From assembly GCA_046296715.1 (NCBI GenBank), contig JBKBIN010000020.1, forward strand, positions 1 to 22,754: a stretch of DNA of 22,754 bases, written 5' to 3'. A program made the position numbers and the translations under genes. How positions within the stretch are numbered: the stretch's first letter is position 1; each line of letters opens with the position of its first letter. Source of the stretch: Candidatus Ratteibacteria bacterium. GTDB lineage: Bacteria > Ratteibacteria > UBA8468 > B48-G9 > JAFGKM01. A model generated the notes under the pieces. The model did not search any database and was not told the DNA's origin. It saw only the letters and a list, made by a program, of their open reading frames with translations. Below are positions 1 to 8,083 of this stretch, piece after piece.

Positions 1-185
1 ATTTTAACTATTTTATCACCATAATTTTCTTTTATAAAATCAATTACTTGTGAAAACCTCCTTTTTCTTTCATATCTATAATACCATATTATCTCCTGCA
101 TCCTTCTAAAATCCCTCTCTTTCACAAAAATCTTATATCTTGCTATACTTTTTGTAAAAACATGATAATAATTCTCAACTCCCAT
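1..185 (-). CDS. Putative REP-associated tyrosine transposase (RAYT-like, Y1/IS200-like HUH family), N-terminal fragment running off the window edge
   Basis: Not in the ORF track. SD AAGGAGG (197-191), ATG at 185-183, then an open frame to the edge: MGVENYYHVFTKSIARYKIFVKERDFRRMQEIIWYYRYERKRRFSQVIDFIKENYGDKIVK(I). The YYHVFxKSI...IF..E.DF.RM...YY...RFS...KIV.I pattern resembles the region preceding the 'AYCxMPxHxH' HUH motif of RAYT/Y1 transposases. The HUH motif and catalytic Tyr lie outside the window. Confidence 0.75.
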   Translation of the reverse strand, partial: MGVENYYHVFTKSIARYKIFVKERDFRRMQEIIWYYRYERKRRFSQVIDFIKENYGDKIVK

Positions 186-197
186 TCTAACCTCCTT

Positions 198-212
198 ACA
201 CCTACGAGGTGA
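198..212. repeat. REP-like hairpin repeat, copy 1 (ACACCTACGAGGTGA on +)
   Basis: CACCT-ACG-AGGTG stem-loop that is the exact reverse complement of copies 2 and 3. It extends imperfectly to 191-218 (CC-T-CCTT-A-CACCT acg AGGTG-AAGG-C-GG). Confidence 0.9.
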
Positions 213-222
213 AGGCGGAAGA

Positions 223-1263
223 TTAAAGAGAGACAAGGCATTTGATGACCCCATTCTTATATTCTGAAACAAGATTTAATGCCTCTTCAATTTTTTCAAA
301 AGGGTATTTATGCGTTATCATTTTTAAAAAAGGCAATTTTGATTTTTTCATCATATTTAATGCAATTTCAGTGCAAAAAGCACTTCTTCTCACATTTATA
401 AGTTTAAGTTCTTTCCTTCTCATTATATGTGCATCAAATTCAACTATATCTTCAGAAGGAATACCAACCAAAACGGACTTCCCACAGATTTTTGTAGTAT
501 GAATTACCTGCCTAAATGTTTCCCTTTTTCCTGCTGCTTCAAATGAAATATCAACTCCTCTATTATTTGTGAAATTTTTCACAATCTCTGCGATATCTTC
601 CTTTTTCGCATCAACAGTAAAATCTGCTCCTAACTGCCTTGCAAATTTAAGTCGCTCTTCTATTAAATCAGAAACAAAAATTTTATTTGCTCCACCTTCT
701 CTAACTGAAAACAAAATAGAAAGTCCAATAGGGCCTGCTCCTAAAATTACAACATCATCTCCAATTTCAAGTTGACTTAATTTTACTGCATAAACTCCAA
801 TAGCAAGCGGTTCAGACAAAACTCCTTCGTCATATCCAAGACCTTCAGGTATTTTTACAAGATTTTCTTCTGGCATCACAATATATTCTCTAAAAGCACC
901 ATTAATCGGAGGAGTTCCAAGAAATTTTACATAAGGACAGGTATTTGGTTTCCCTTTTTTACACGACTCACATTGTCCACAACTTATTCCCGGCTCAATT
1001 GCTACTTTATCTCCTTTTTTCAATTTTTTTACATCCTTTCCAACTTCAACAACCTCTCCACTTGCTTCATGTCCAAGAATTATTTTATCTTTTACAATCT
1101 GGTCACCAATTCTACCTTCCAAAAAATAATGAACATCAGAACCGCAAATCCCAACCGCTCTAATCCTTACAAGAACATCTTTTCCATTTTTAATTTCAGG
1201 ACATTTTTCTTCTTCAATCTCAATCTTTCTTTTTTCAACAAGATATGCTACTTTCATTTTCAT
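223..1263 (-). CDS. Zn-dependent medium-chain dehydrogenase, sorbitol/L-iditol 2-dehydrogenase-like
   Basis: GICGSDVH, LGHE, structural Zn motif CGQCESCKKGKPNTC, Rossmann GAGPIG. Confidence 0.88.
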   Translation of the reverse strand: MKMKVAYLVEKRKIEIEEEKCPEIKNGKDVLVRIRAVGICGSDVHYFLEGRIGDQIVKDKIILGHEASGEVVEVGKDVKKLKKGDKVAIEPGISCGQCESCKKGKPNTCPYVKFLGTPPINGAFREYIVMPEENLVKIPEGLGYDEGVLSEPLAIGVYAVKLSQLEIGDDVVILGAGPIGLSILFSVREGGANKIFVSDLIEERLKFARQLGADFTVDAKKEDIAEIVKNFTNNRGVDISFEAAGKRETFRQVIHTTKICGKSVLVGIPSEDIVEFDAHIMRRKELKLINVRRSAFCTEIALNMMKKSKLPFLKMITHKYPFEKIEEALNLVSEYKNGVIKCLVSL

Positions 1264-1274
1264 ATTTTATTTTT

Positions 1275-1610
1275 TTAGATTTTTGAATATTTTTCTGCAT
1301 AATCACCTATTACTGGCAATTTAAAATATTCGCCCTGAAAAGATTTAACAAGTAAAATTATCCAGATTACAGTTCCAACTAAATAAACAATTGGATAGAG
1401 AATTAAAGACAAGATTTTACCTAAAACTGGGATGAGAGATAAGATGTTCAGAAAAATATAAATTAAAGTTAAAGCACCGCTAAAAATTATACTTTGCATA
1501 GCATTGAATCTTATATATTGACTTTTCTTTTCTGTTAAAAAAATAATAAGCCCTGAAACCCATCCAAAAAAATAAGAAATAAAACTCATCGTCTTTTCCC
1601 TCTCCTCCAT
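1275..1610 (-). CDS. DUF4870-like small membrane protein
   Basis: Three hydrophobic segments, 'EKKSQYIRFNAMQS' and C-terminal 'GEYFKLPVIGDYAE' pattern, SD GAGGAGG. Confidence 0.75.
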   Translation of the reverse strand: MEEREKTMSFISYFFGWVSGLIIFLTEKKSQYIRFNAMQSIIFSGALTLIYIFLNILSLIPVLGKILSLILYPIVYLVGTVIWIILLVKSFQGEYFKLPVIGDYAEKYSKI

Positions 1611-1633
1611 TTCTCCTCCTCTTTTAAATTTTA

Positions 1634-1662
1634 ATTATATCATATAAAAACAGGCCTCTCAA
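1634..1662 (-). promoter_or_regulatory. sigma70-type promoter upstream of the DUF4870-dehydrogenase-(RAYT) unit
   Basis: TTGAGA (1662-1657) - 17 nt - TATAAT (1639-1634), with an extended TG. Confidence 0.6.
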
Positions 1663-3004
1663 TTAACTTTATCTTCTTCCAGTTCCCTTTATGAAATCTA
1701 ATAAAGAAAATAAATCCAATCAAAATTACATATAAAGTACCTATTGACCAACTTACAAAAATTCCATAATTTAAAATAAATGTGCATATATAGAGAGGAA
1801 TGAGAAAAATAAAAATTGAAGATAATGCAAAAACCAACATAATAAATTTTGTATCTCCGGCGCCTCTTAATCCAGAAAGAAAAATTACATTCATAGTATC
1901 AAAAATAGAATAAAAAGCAACAAATCTCAAAAGTATAATAGTTAAATCTCTAACTTCATTGAAATCAGCAGTATGAACTTTTGGCTTGAAAAATTTAATA
2001 TAAAAGTCAGGGAAAATAAGATAACTTAAAGCAATTAAACACATATATATAAATGTAATCCAAAATCCTATATATGTAATTTTTTCCCCAATTTCTGGTT
2101 TCCCTTTTCCTATATATTGACCAATGATTATTGAAACACCTGTCCCAATTCCTATCATTGGCATAAAAGCAATTGTATTTATATTAAATGCAATATTTGA
2201 AGATGAAAGAGGGATTACTCCCTGTCTACCTATTATAAGTAAAAAAATTGACCACACAGAGATATCAAGAAAAAACTGAATTCCGTTTGGAACACCATAT
2301 TTAACTAATCTTTTAAAAATTTCTGAATTTATTTTGAAATTTAAATTTCCAAAAACTCTATTATTTCTGTTAAAAAATAAAATCAAGTAAATTGAAAGTG
2401 AAACATAACCTGAAATAACTGTTGCAATTCCAGCACCTTTTATTCCCATTTCAGGAAATCCAAATTTGCCAAAAATAAGTATATAATCAAGAATTAAATT
2501 TATAGAAGTTTGAAGAAAACTTACAAAAAGAACAATTTTAGTTTTTCCCTGTCCTGAAAAGAAAGAAGAAACAGAAGCAGATCCAATACCAGCAAAAGCA
2601 CCTATACAAACAATCTGAAAATAGATTGTTTCATAATATAATACTTCTTTTTCATGACCGAAAATTTTAAATATTGTTGGAGCAAAAGGAATAAGTAAAA
2701 GATGAAAAATCCCTCCAATTAAAGCCCAGTATAATCCTTGCCACACAGTTTCGCCTATTTTTTCGTATTTCTTTGCACCATAATATTGAGCAGCAAATGT
2801 ATTTACAAAAGAGGCAGTCCCAATAAAAATACTTGTTGTCGTTAAATTTAAAAAACTTGCAGGTAAAACTGCAGCAAGTGCTTTTACTGAATACCACGAA
2901 ATAAACATTCTATCAACAAAATGCTGAATAGTCCAAATACTTGAACTCAAAATTAATGGAAGAGAGATCCTTAGAAGTTCTTTGGTATAGTTTCTGAAAA
3001 ACAT
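1640..3004 (-). CDS. MATE family efflux transporter
   Basis: About 12 TM segments, 'DRMFISW', 'LIFGKFGFPEMGIKGAGIATV', 'LRGAGDT'. Start moved to ATG 3004 (MFFRNY), which follows GAAGGGAG and removes the overlap with the upstream gene. Confidence 0.88.
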   Translation of the reverse strand: MFFRNYTKELLRISLPLILSSSIWTIQHFVDRMFISWYSVKALAAVLPASFLNLTTTSIFIGTASFVNTFAAQYYGAKKYEKIGETVWQGLYWALIGGIFHLLLIPFAPTIFKIFGHEKEVLYYETIYFQIVCIGAFAGIGSASVSSFFSGQGKTKIVLFVSFLQTSINLILDYILIFGKFGFPEMGIKGAGIATVISGYVSLSIYLILFFNRNNRVFGNLNFKINSEIFKRLVKYGVPNGIQFFLDISVWSIFLLIIGRQGVIPLSSSNIAFNINTIAFMPMIGIGTGVSIIIGQYIGKGKPEIGEKITYIGFWITFIYMCLIALSYLIFPDFYIKFFKPKVHTADFNEVRDLTIILLRFVAFYSIFDTMNVIFLSGLRGAGDTKFIMLVFALSSIFIFLIPLYICTFILNYGIFVSWSIGTLYVILIGFIFFIRFHKGNWKKIKLIERPVFI

Positions 3005-3014
3005 TCTCCCTTCT

Positions 3015-4013
3015 TCATTTAAAATTTCGTAAAATCGCAGCAAGATTATAAGCCATCTCCTCAAATCCCTGTGAACAAGGATGTATTCTGTCTGTCATTA
3101 AGCCCCTTACATCTTTCAATATATCAAAACCAGAAATATGGATTACATTCTTTTTATTTATTTCTTCTACTTTGTTTTTCACAATTTCTCTAAATTTTTT
3201 CTGTTTATCCTGATTATCAAAGTCCATATAGAATGGGAAGATATCAATAAAAAATAAGTTTTTATCAGGATTTTCACTAACTATTTTCTCAATAAAATAA
3301 TCAACTCTTTTCTTAAATTCTTCTACTTCAAAACCACCAACCATATTAACTCCAAGTTCAAAAACACCAAAATCCCAGTCATCTCTTTTAGCAATATAAT
3401 CTGCAATCTCTTTTTCAAGATGAGCACCACCACCCAAACCAAGATTTATAGCATCCATACCAAGAATATAAGCAGTTTTTGCTACATAAGTATAACTTGG
3501 AACAATTGAAAAGCCGCCATGAGTAATTGATGAACCATAAGCAATAAATCTTTCATCTGGAACTTGGTGTTTTTTAGGTATCTCAAATTCTCCTTCAATA
3601 TCTACAATTCTTATATCTACTAAATGAGGCAGAATAATTCTTACAACCTCTGGATCAAATTTCAACTTTTTTTCTTCCTTTAATTTTTTTAATTTTTCAA
3701 GATTCTGAGGATAACAAATCTCAATTATAGTCAGATTTTCATTTATGTAATACCATTTTTCAAAAAAATCACCAAAATAAATCTCACATATTCCATTTCT
3801 TAAAACTATCTCTGAACTAACTTTCATAACTATTTTTGCCTTTTCACTTTTCAAATTAAACCTTAATTCAGACCCTGCTGGCATAAGTGCTCTTGTTTTT
3901 GCTCCTTCATTCAATTTTTCTCTCACTCTTTCAGGAAGCCGGGATAATTGAAGACCATCTGATTTCTCAAAAATTTCCTCAACATTATAAAACTCAATAT
4001 TTTTATAAACCAT
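3015..4013 (-). CDS. SGNH/GDSL hydrolase family protein
   Basis: Block I YGSSITHG, NLGLGG, block III LGVN, block V DRIHP, SD AAGGAGGT. Confidence 0.8.
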   Translation of the reverse strand: MVYKNIEFYNVEEIFEKSDGLQLSRLPERVREKLNEGAKTRALMPAGSELRFNLKSEKAKIVMKVSSEIVLRNGICEIYFGDFFEKWYYINENLTIIEICYPQNLEKLKKLKEEKKLKFDPEVVRIILPHLVDIRIVDIEGEFEIPKKHQVPDERFIAYGSSITHGGFSIVPSYTYVAKTAYILGMDAINLGLGGGAHLEKEIADYIAKRDDWDFGVFELGVNMVGGFEVEEFKKRVDYFIEKIVSENPDKNLFFIDIFPFYMDFDNQDKQKKFREIVKNKVEEINKKNVIHISGFDILKDVRGLMTDRIHPCSQGFEEMAYNLAAILRNFK

Positions 4014-4025
4014 ATTTACCTCCTT

Positions 4026-4040
4026 TCACCTCGTAGGTGT
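4026..4040. repeat. REP-like hairpin repeat, copy 2 (TCACCTCGTAGGTGT)
   Basis: Identical 15-mer in the 4014-4069 intergenic gap, directly abutting the SD of the SGNH gene. Confidence 0.9.
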
Positions 4041-4069
4041 TAGTGGGAAATTGTTGTCTATCAAGGAAT

Positions 4070-4882
4070 TTAATAATCATGTTTGGAAAGAGAAACTAAA
4101 AGATTAAGTTTAATTTTTATCGTAAGTGTTTCTGACTTTTTTCTTTTTATATCAGGAGATGGTGGGACCTCAAATTTTGTATTTAAATCAATATTAAAAT
4201 TCCCTTCAAAATTGATTATCTCACCTTCATTTTCATTAAATATAAAACTACCTTTTGAAAAATTTTTTCCATCAAATGTTATCTTTGTATCATTATCTTT
4301 TTTTGTCTCTTTTATTGTTTGAACACCTGAAAGTTGAATTATACTTGATCTTTCTTTTTTTTCATATGAATAGTTAAACTCAAGATTACACATAGGAATT
4401 CCAGGGAAATTAAAAGCAGGTATTACTTGTTTCCACTTTTTCACAGTAGTTACTTTGTCCGGGAAGACAGGGAGAAGTTTTAAAACTTGAGAAAGAGTTA
4501 AAATACCTTTATTTGATTCTGTTATTTCAATTATTTCACCATTTTTTTTCATCTTTACAAAGTTGATTGATATTACAGAAGAAATTCCTGTTTCAACATT
4601 AGTTTTATCCTCAATCACTTCTTGATTAATTTTTACAAAGGTTTTAAATGGAGTTATTTTTAGATTATATATTTCATCTTCAACTCCAACTGTCTCAATT
4701 TTCAAATTTCCTTTCACAAAAACATTCATCTTTTCATTTGTGCCTGGATAGGTCAAAAAAACATCACCCTTAATCTGAAATGAATAATAAAGTGGTTTTG
4801 ATTGTTGAAATTTATATTCAACTTGCGAAAATAGAAATATCGGAGAAAAAAATAAAAAAATAAACATCACCCTTTTTCTCAT
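4070..4882 (-). CDS. Hypothetical exported protein
   Basis: Signal-peptide-like N-terminus MRKRVMFIFLFFSPIFLFS, beta-rich-looking body, tight packing with its neighbours. Confidence 0.7.
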   Translation of the reverse strand: MRKRVMFIFLFFSPIFLFSQVEYKFQQSKPLYYSFQIKGDVFLTYPGTNEKMNVFVKGNLKIETVGVEDEIYNLKITPFKTFVKINQEVIEDKTNVETGISSVISINFVKMKKNGEIIEITESNKGILTLSQVLKLLPVFPDKVTTVKKWKQVIPAFNFPGIPMCNLEFNYSYEKKERSSIIQLSGVQTIKETKKDNDTKITFDGKNFSKGSFIFNENEGEIINFEGNFNIDLNTKFEVPPSPDIKRKKSETLTIKIKLNLLVSLSKHDY

Positions 4883-4883
4883 T

Positions 4884-6029
4884 TTAGTTCTCCTTTACAA
4901 ATTCATTTATTCTATCAACTGCTTTTTTAAGTTGCTCTATACTTACAGCATAAGATATTCTTATATAATTGTCAACTCCAAACTCACATCCTGGAACAAC
5001 AGCAACAAGTTTCTCTGTAAGTAATCTTTCGGCAAACTTATTAGAATCTATATCTTTAAAATTTAAAAAGATATAGAAAGCCCCTTCAGGATATGGATAT
5101 TTAATTTCTTTTGAAAGATTATTTACAAGAAAATTTCTTCTTTTTTTAAATTCAATTATCATATTACCAAACAATCTTTCTCCTTCTTTTAAAGCAAAAA
5201 TAGAACTTTTCTGAGAAATTGTTGAAGGAGCAGATGTTGTCTGTCCCTGTATTTTTCCAATAGCATCAGCAATTTCTCTTTTTGAAGCAGTATAACCAAT
5301 TCTCCATCCAGTCATAGCAAATGTTTTTGAAACACCATTAACTAAAATTGTTAAATCTTTTATTTCTTTTCCTAAGGATGCAATTGAAATAAACTTTTTA
5401 TCAAAAACAATTTTCTCATATACTTCATCAGATATGCACAAAATTTTATTGGAAACAATTATTTCTGCTAATTTTTCAAGTTCATCCTTTTTATATAAAA
5501 TACCTGTTGGATTAGAAGGGCTATTCAATATTAACGCTTTTGTCCTTTTTGTTATTTTTTTCTTCAAGTCATCTAAATCTATTTTAAATTTCTCATTATA
5601 TCTACAAAATACAGGAATACCACCACATATAGAAATCATTGCAGGATAACTTACCCAATAAGGAACAGGGACAATAACTTCATCCCCAGGATTTAAAATC
5701 GCAAGAAATATATTAAAAAGAGAGTGTTTTGCCCCATTTGAAACAACTATCTCTTCTGGTTCATATTTAAGATTATTTTCTTTTTCAAGTTTTTCACAAA
5801 TTGTCTCCCTCAATTCTTTTAAACCTTTTTCTTCAGTATATTTTGTATATCCATCCTTCATTGCTTTGCATGCAAAATCTATTATTTCTTCCGGTGTCTG
5901 AAAATCAGGTTCTCCGACTGTTAAATTTATAACATCAAGACCACTATCTTTCATCTCTTTTGCTTTTTTATTTAAAGCCATTGTTGCTGATGATTTTAGT
6001 GTCTTGGCTCTTTCAGATAGGTATTCCAT
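4884..6029 (-). CDS. aspC: PLP-dependent class I aminotransferase (aspartate aminotransferase-like)
   Basis: GEPDF, NSPSNPTG, SDEVY, NGVSKTFAMTGWRIG, GAFY, IRISYA. Confidence 0.85.
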   Translation of the reverse strand: MEYLSERAKTLKSSATMALNKKAKEMKDSGLDVINLTVGEPDFQTPEEIIDFACKAMKDGYTKYTEEKGLKELRETICEKLEKENNLKYEPEEIVVSNGAKHSLFNIFLAILNPGDEVIVPVPYWVSYPAMISICGGIPVFCRYNEKFKIDLDDLKKKITKRTKALILNSPSNPTGILYKKDELEKLAEIIVSNKILCISDEVYEKIVFDKKFISIASLGKEIKDLTILVNGVSKTFAMTGWRIGYTASKREIADAIGKIQGQTTSAPSTISQKSSIFALKEGERLFGNMIIEFKKRRNFLVNNLSKEIKYPYPEGAFYIFLNFKDIDSNKFAERLLTEKLVAVVPGCEFGVDNYIRISYAVSIEQLKKAVDRINEFVKEN

Positions 6030-6049
6030 ATCAACTCCTTTTTATTTTT

Positions 6050-7936
6050 CTAAATAAATTTTTCAGGAGAAATGTAATCCCCAAATTTTTCCCTTGCTTT
6101 CAATAATCTTTCTTTTTGTTCTTGAAGAACTTTAAAAACTTCACTGGGTGCATCTTCTATTTTTTCTTTTACAAATTTTATAACTCTTTCAACTTTTGAT
6201 ATATTTTCTAAAACTCTTATTTTAAACTGTTCAATATAGTCATCTTTTGAATATTCTTTTTTCAAGACATCATTAAATAAAATTTTCAAATCATCATAAA
6301 GTGGAATAAGCCCTGTAGGAGTTTCTATAGCCTTCACATCATTATGAATACGAAGTTCCATCCATTTAATCCAAACATGTTTGTCTTTCCTTGAATTTAA
6401 AAAATTACCTGTTTTTAAGTCTTTAAGAAAATAATTTACACCAAAAACAAGTGGGACTTTTCTTAACTTTCTTCCAAATTCAATATAATCTTTTATATAT
6501 TTACCAAGCGGAATAGAAATAAAATCTTGTATACTCATTATATTTATCTCATATTTACCTTCCTGTCCAACAATAGCAAAGGTTGTTTCTGTTTCAAGTG
6601 CAACTCCATACGCTATTATTCCATGAACCCAATCAAAACCTTGTTGAACAGGAACATAACCTCTATAATCTCTTCCTCCAAAGATAATACCTCCAAGCTC
6701 AACACCATTTGGATTTTCAAGTTCTTCATCACAATTTGGAAGTGCCTTTAAAGATATTGTGTACCTTGCGTTTTTATGAGATGGCAATATTTCTTCTTCA
6801 TTTTCATCTTTTTTACCTTTATACCATTTTCCTGAATAATTTATTCCCTCTTTAGGTAGTTCACATCCCATATCAAGCCACCAAACTTTTCCATCTTTTA
6901 TAAGAACATTTGAAAATATTATTTCATTTGGAGATGTTATTGTTTTAAATATTAAAGGGTCATCAACAGGATTAACTCCTTGAATTATTCCGAAAATTCC
7001 ACATTCAACATTTACTGCTCTACATACCCCATCAATATTTCTAACATAAGCAAGGTCATCCGAAAGTATCTTTTCTCCTTCAAGCATAGCAGTTGAAGTT
7101 TTCCCACAAGCACTTGGAAAAGCACCAGCAAGATATGTTTTTCTTCCGCCTGGACCATGAACTCCAATTATCATAAAATGTTCTGCAAGCCATCCTTCAT
7201 TATGTGCCTTTCTTATCGCAAGCCTTAAAGCAAGTTTTTTAAATCCTATGGAATTTCCTGCATACTGAGTATTAACACTATAAACTGTATTTTCAACATA
7301 ATCTATATAAATCCTCTTTTTATCATAGTTTTTGCTTGTCATATTTTCATCAAGTTGGCCTGCTGAATGTAATGTAAAGAAGATATCTATTTTATCATCA
7401 ATCTCTAAAAATTTTTTATAGCCATGCCTGTATAATAAATCAACTGAATGAGCAACATACCAACTATCAGTGCATTCAATACAGGGAATAGCAAAAATGG
7501 AATCTGAAGGTCCTAAGACTAAAAATCTAACTATCATTGTTTTACCTTTCATTGATCCATTTAGCAAACTTTTTATTTCATTTAAACCTTCTTCTCTATC
7601 TATTTGATTTAAAGCAGAACTTAATTTATCACCTTTGGGAACAAGAAATTTTGTAACTTCTCTATCTCTGCCCTGATCATAATATCCGTCAAAATGGAAA
7701 GTATGTCCTGGTGTTAATAAAGCAGCACTTTCTTCTTTACTAACAATTGCCATATTTTTTATATATGCAATTTCATCGGGTGTATCACTGCATATAAAAA
7801 TATCATCTGGTTGACATAATGAAATACTATCTGCAATAAACTTAAGTACTTTTTGACTCTTTATTTTTTTCAATTTTTCAAACTCTTCTTTTTTTAATTT
7901 TTTTTCAAAAATCTGGGTATAATAATCCTCCATCAT
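6050..7936 (-). CDS. pckG: Phosphoenolpyruvate carboxykinase (GTP)
   Basis: GAFPSACGKT P-loop, WLAEH, DD metal motif, ECGIFG, HKNARY, IIFGGR, VNYF, SD AAGGAGG. Confidence 0.92.
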   Translation of the reverse strand: MMEDYYTQIFEKKLKKEEFEKLKKIKSQKVLKFIADSISLCQPDDIFICSDTPDEIAYIKNMAIVSKEESAALLTPGHTFHFDGYYDQGRDREVTKFLVPKGDKLSSALNQIDREEGLNEIKSLLNGSMKGKTMIVRFLVLGPSDSIFAIPCIECTDSWYVAHSVDLLYRHGYKKFLEIDDKIDIFFTLHSAGQLDENMTSKNYDKKRIYIDYVENTVYSVNTQYAGNSIGFKKLALRLAIRKAHNEGWLAEHFMIIGVHGPGGRKTYLAGAFPSACGKTSTAMLEGEKILSDDLAYVRNIDGVCRAVNVECGIFGIIQGVNPVDDPLIFKTITSPNEIIFSNVLIKDGKVWWLDMGCELPKEGINYSGKWYKGKKDENEEEILPSHKNARYTISLKALPNCDEELENPNGVELGGIIFGGRDYRGYVPVQQGFDWVHGIIAYGVALETETTFAIVGQEGKYEINIMSIQDFISIPLGKYIKDYIEFGRKLRKVPLVFGVNYFLKDLKTGNFLNSRKDKHVWIKWMELRIHNDVKAIETPTGLIPLYDDLKILFNDVLKKEYSKDDYIEQFKIRVLENISKVERVIKFVKEKIEDAPSEVFKVLQEQKERLLKAREKFGDYISPEKFI

Positions 7937-7955
7937 TTCCTCCTTTTGGACTTTT

Positions 7956-7971
7956 TTTGTAAATTTACAAA
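7956..7971. promoter_or_regulatory. Perfect 16-bp palindrome (TTTGTAAATTTACAAA), candidate operator of pckG
   Basis: Lies between the predicted promoter and the pckG SD. Confidence 0.4.
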
Positions 7972-7988
7972 GAATTAGATTGAAGTAT

Positions 7989-8018
7989 ATTTTAATATCT
8001 ATTTTATTTTTCTGTCAA
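7989..8018 (-). promoter_or_regulatory. sigma70-type promoter for pckG-aspC
   Basis: TTGACA (8018-8013) - 18 nt - TAAAAT (7994-7989). Confidence 0.55.
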
Positions 8019-8068
8019 ATTTTTAAATCACTTTTTGAAAACCCTTATTCTTATTAGTTTTTCCAATG

Positions 8069-8083
8069 TCACCTCGTAGGTGT
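8069..8083. repeat. REP-like hairpin repeat, copy 3 (TCACCTCGTAGGTGT)
   Basis: Identical 15-mer. On the minus strand it reads ACA CCT ACG AGG TGA = T-P-T-R-stop of the LysM gene. Confidence 0.9.

Noticed and set aside
3005..3064. N-terminal extension of the MATE ORF in the ORF track
   Set aside because: It overlaps the SGNH gene, and ATG 3004 has an SD-like site.
198..8083. The three 15-bp repeats as a CRISPR array or as IS terminal inverted repeats
   Set aside because: They are about 4 kb apart with ordinary genes between them, there is no spacer periodicity or cas gene, no target-site duplication was seen, and Y1 transposases do not use TIRs.
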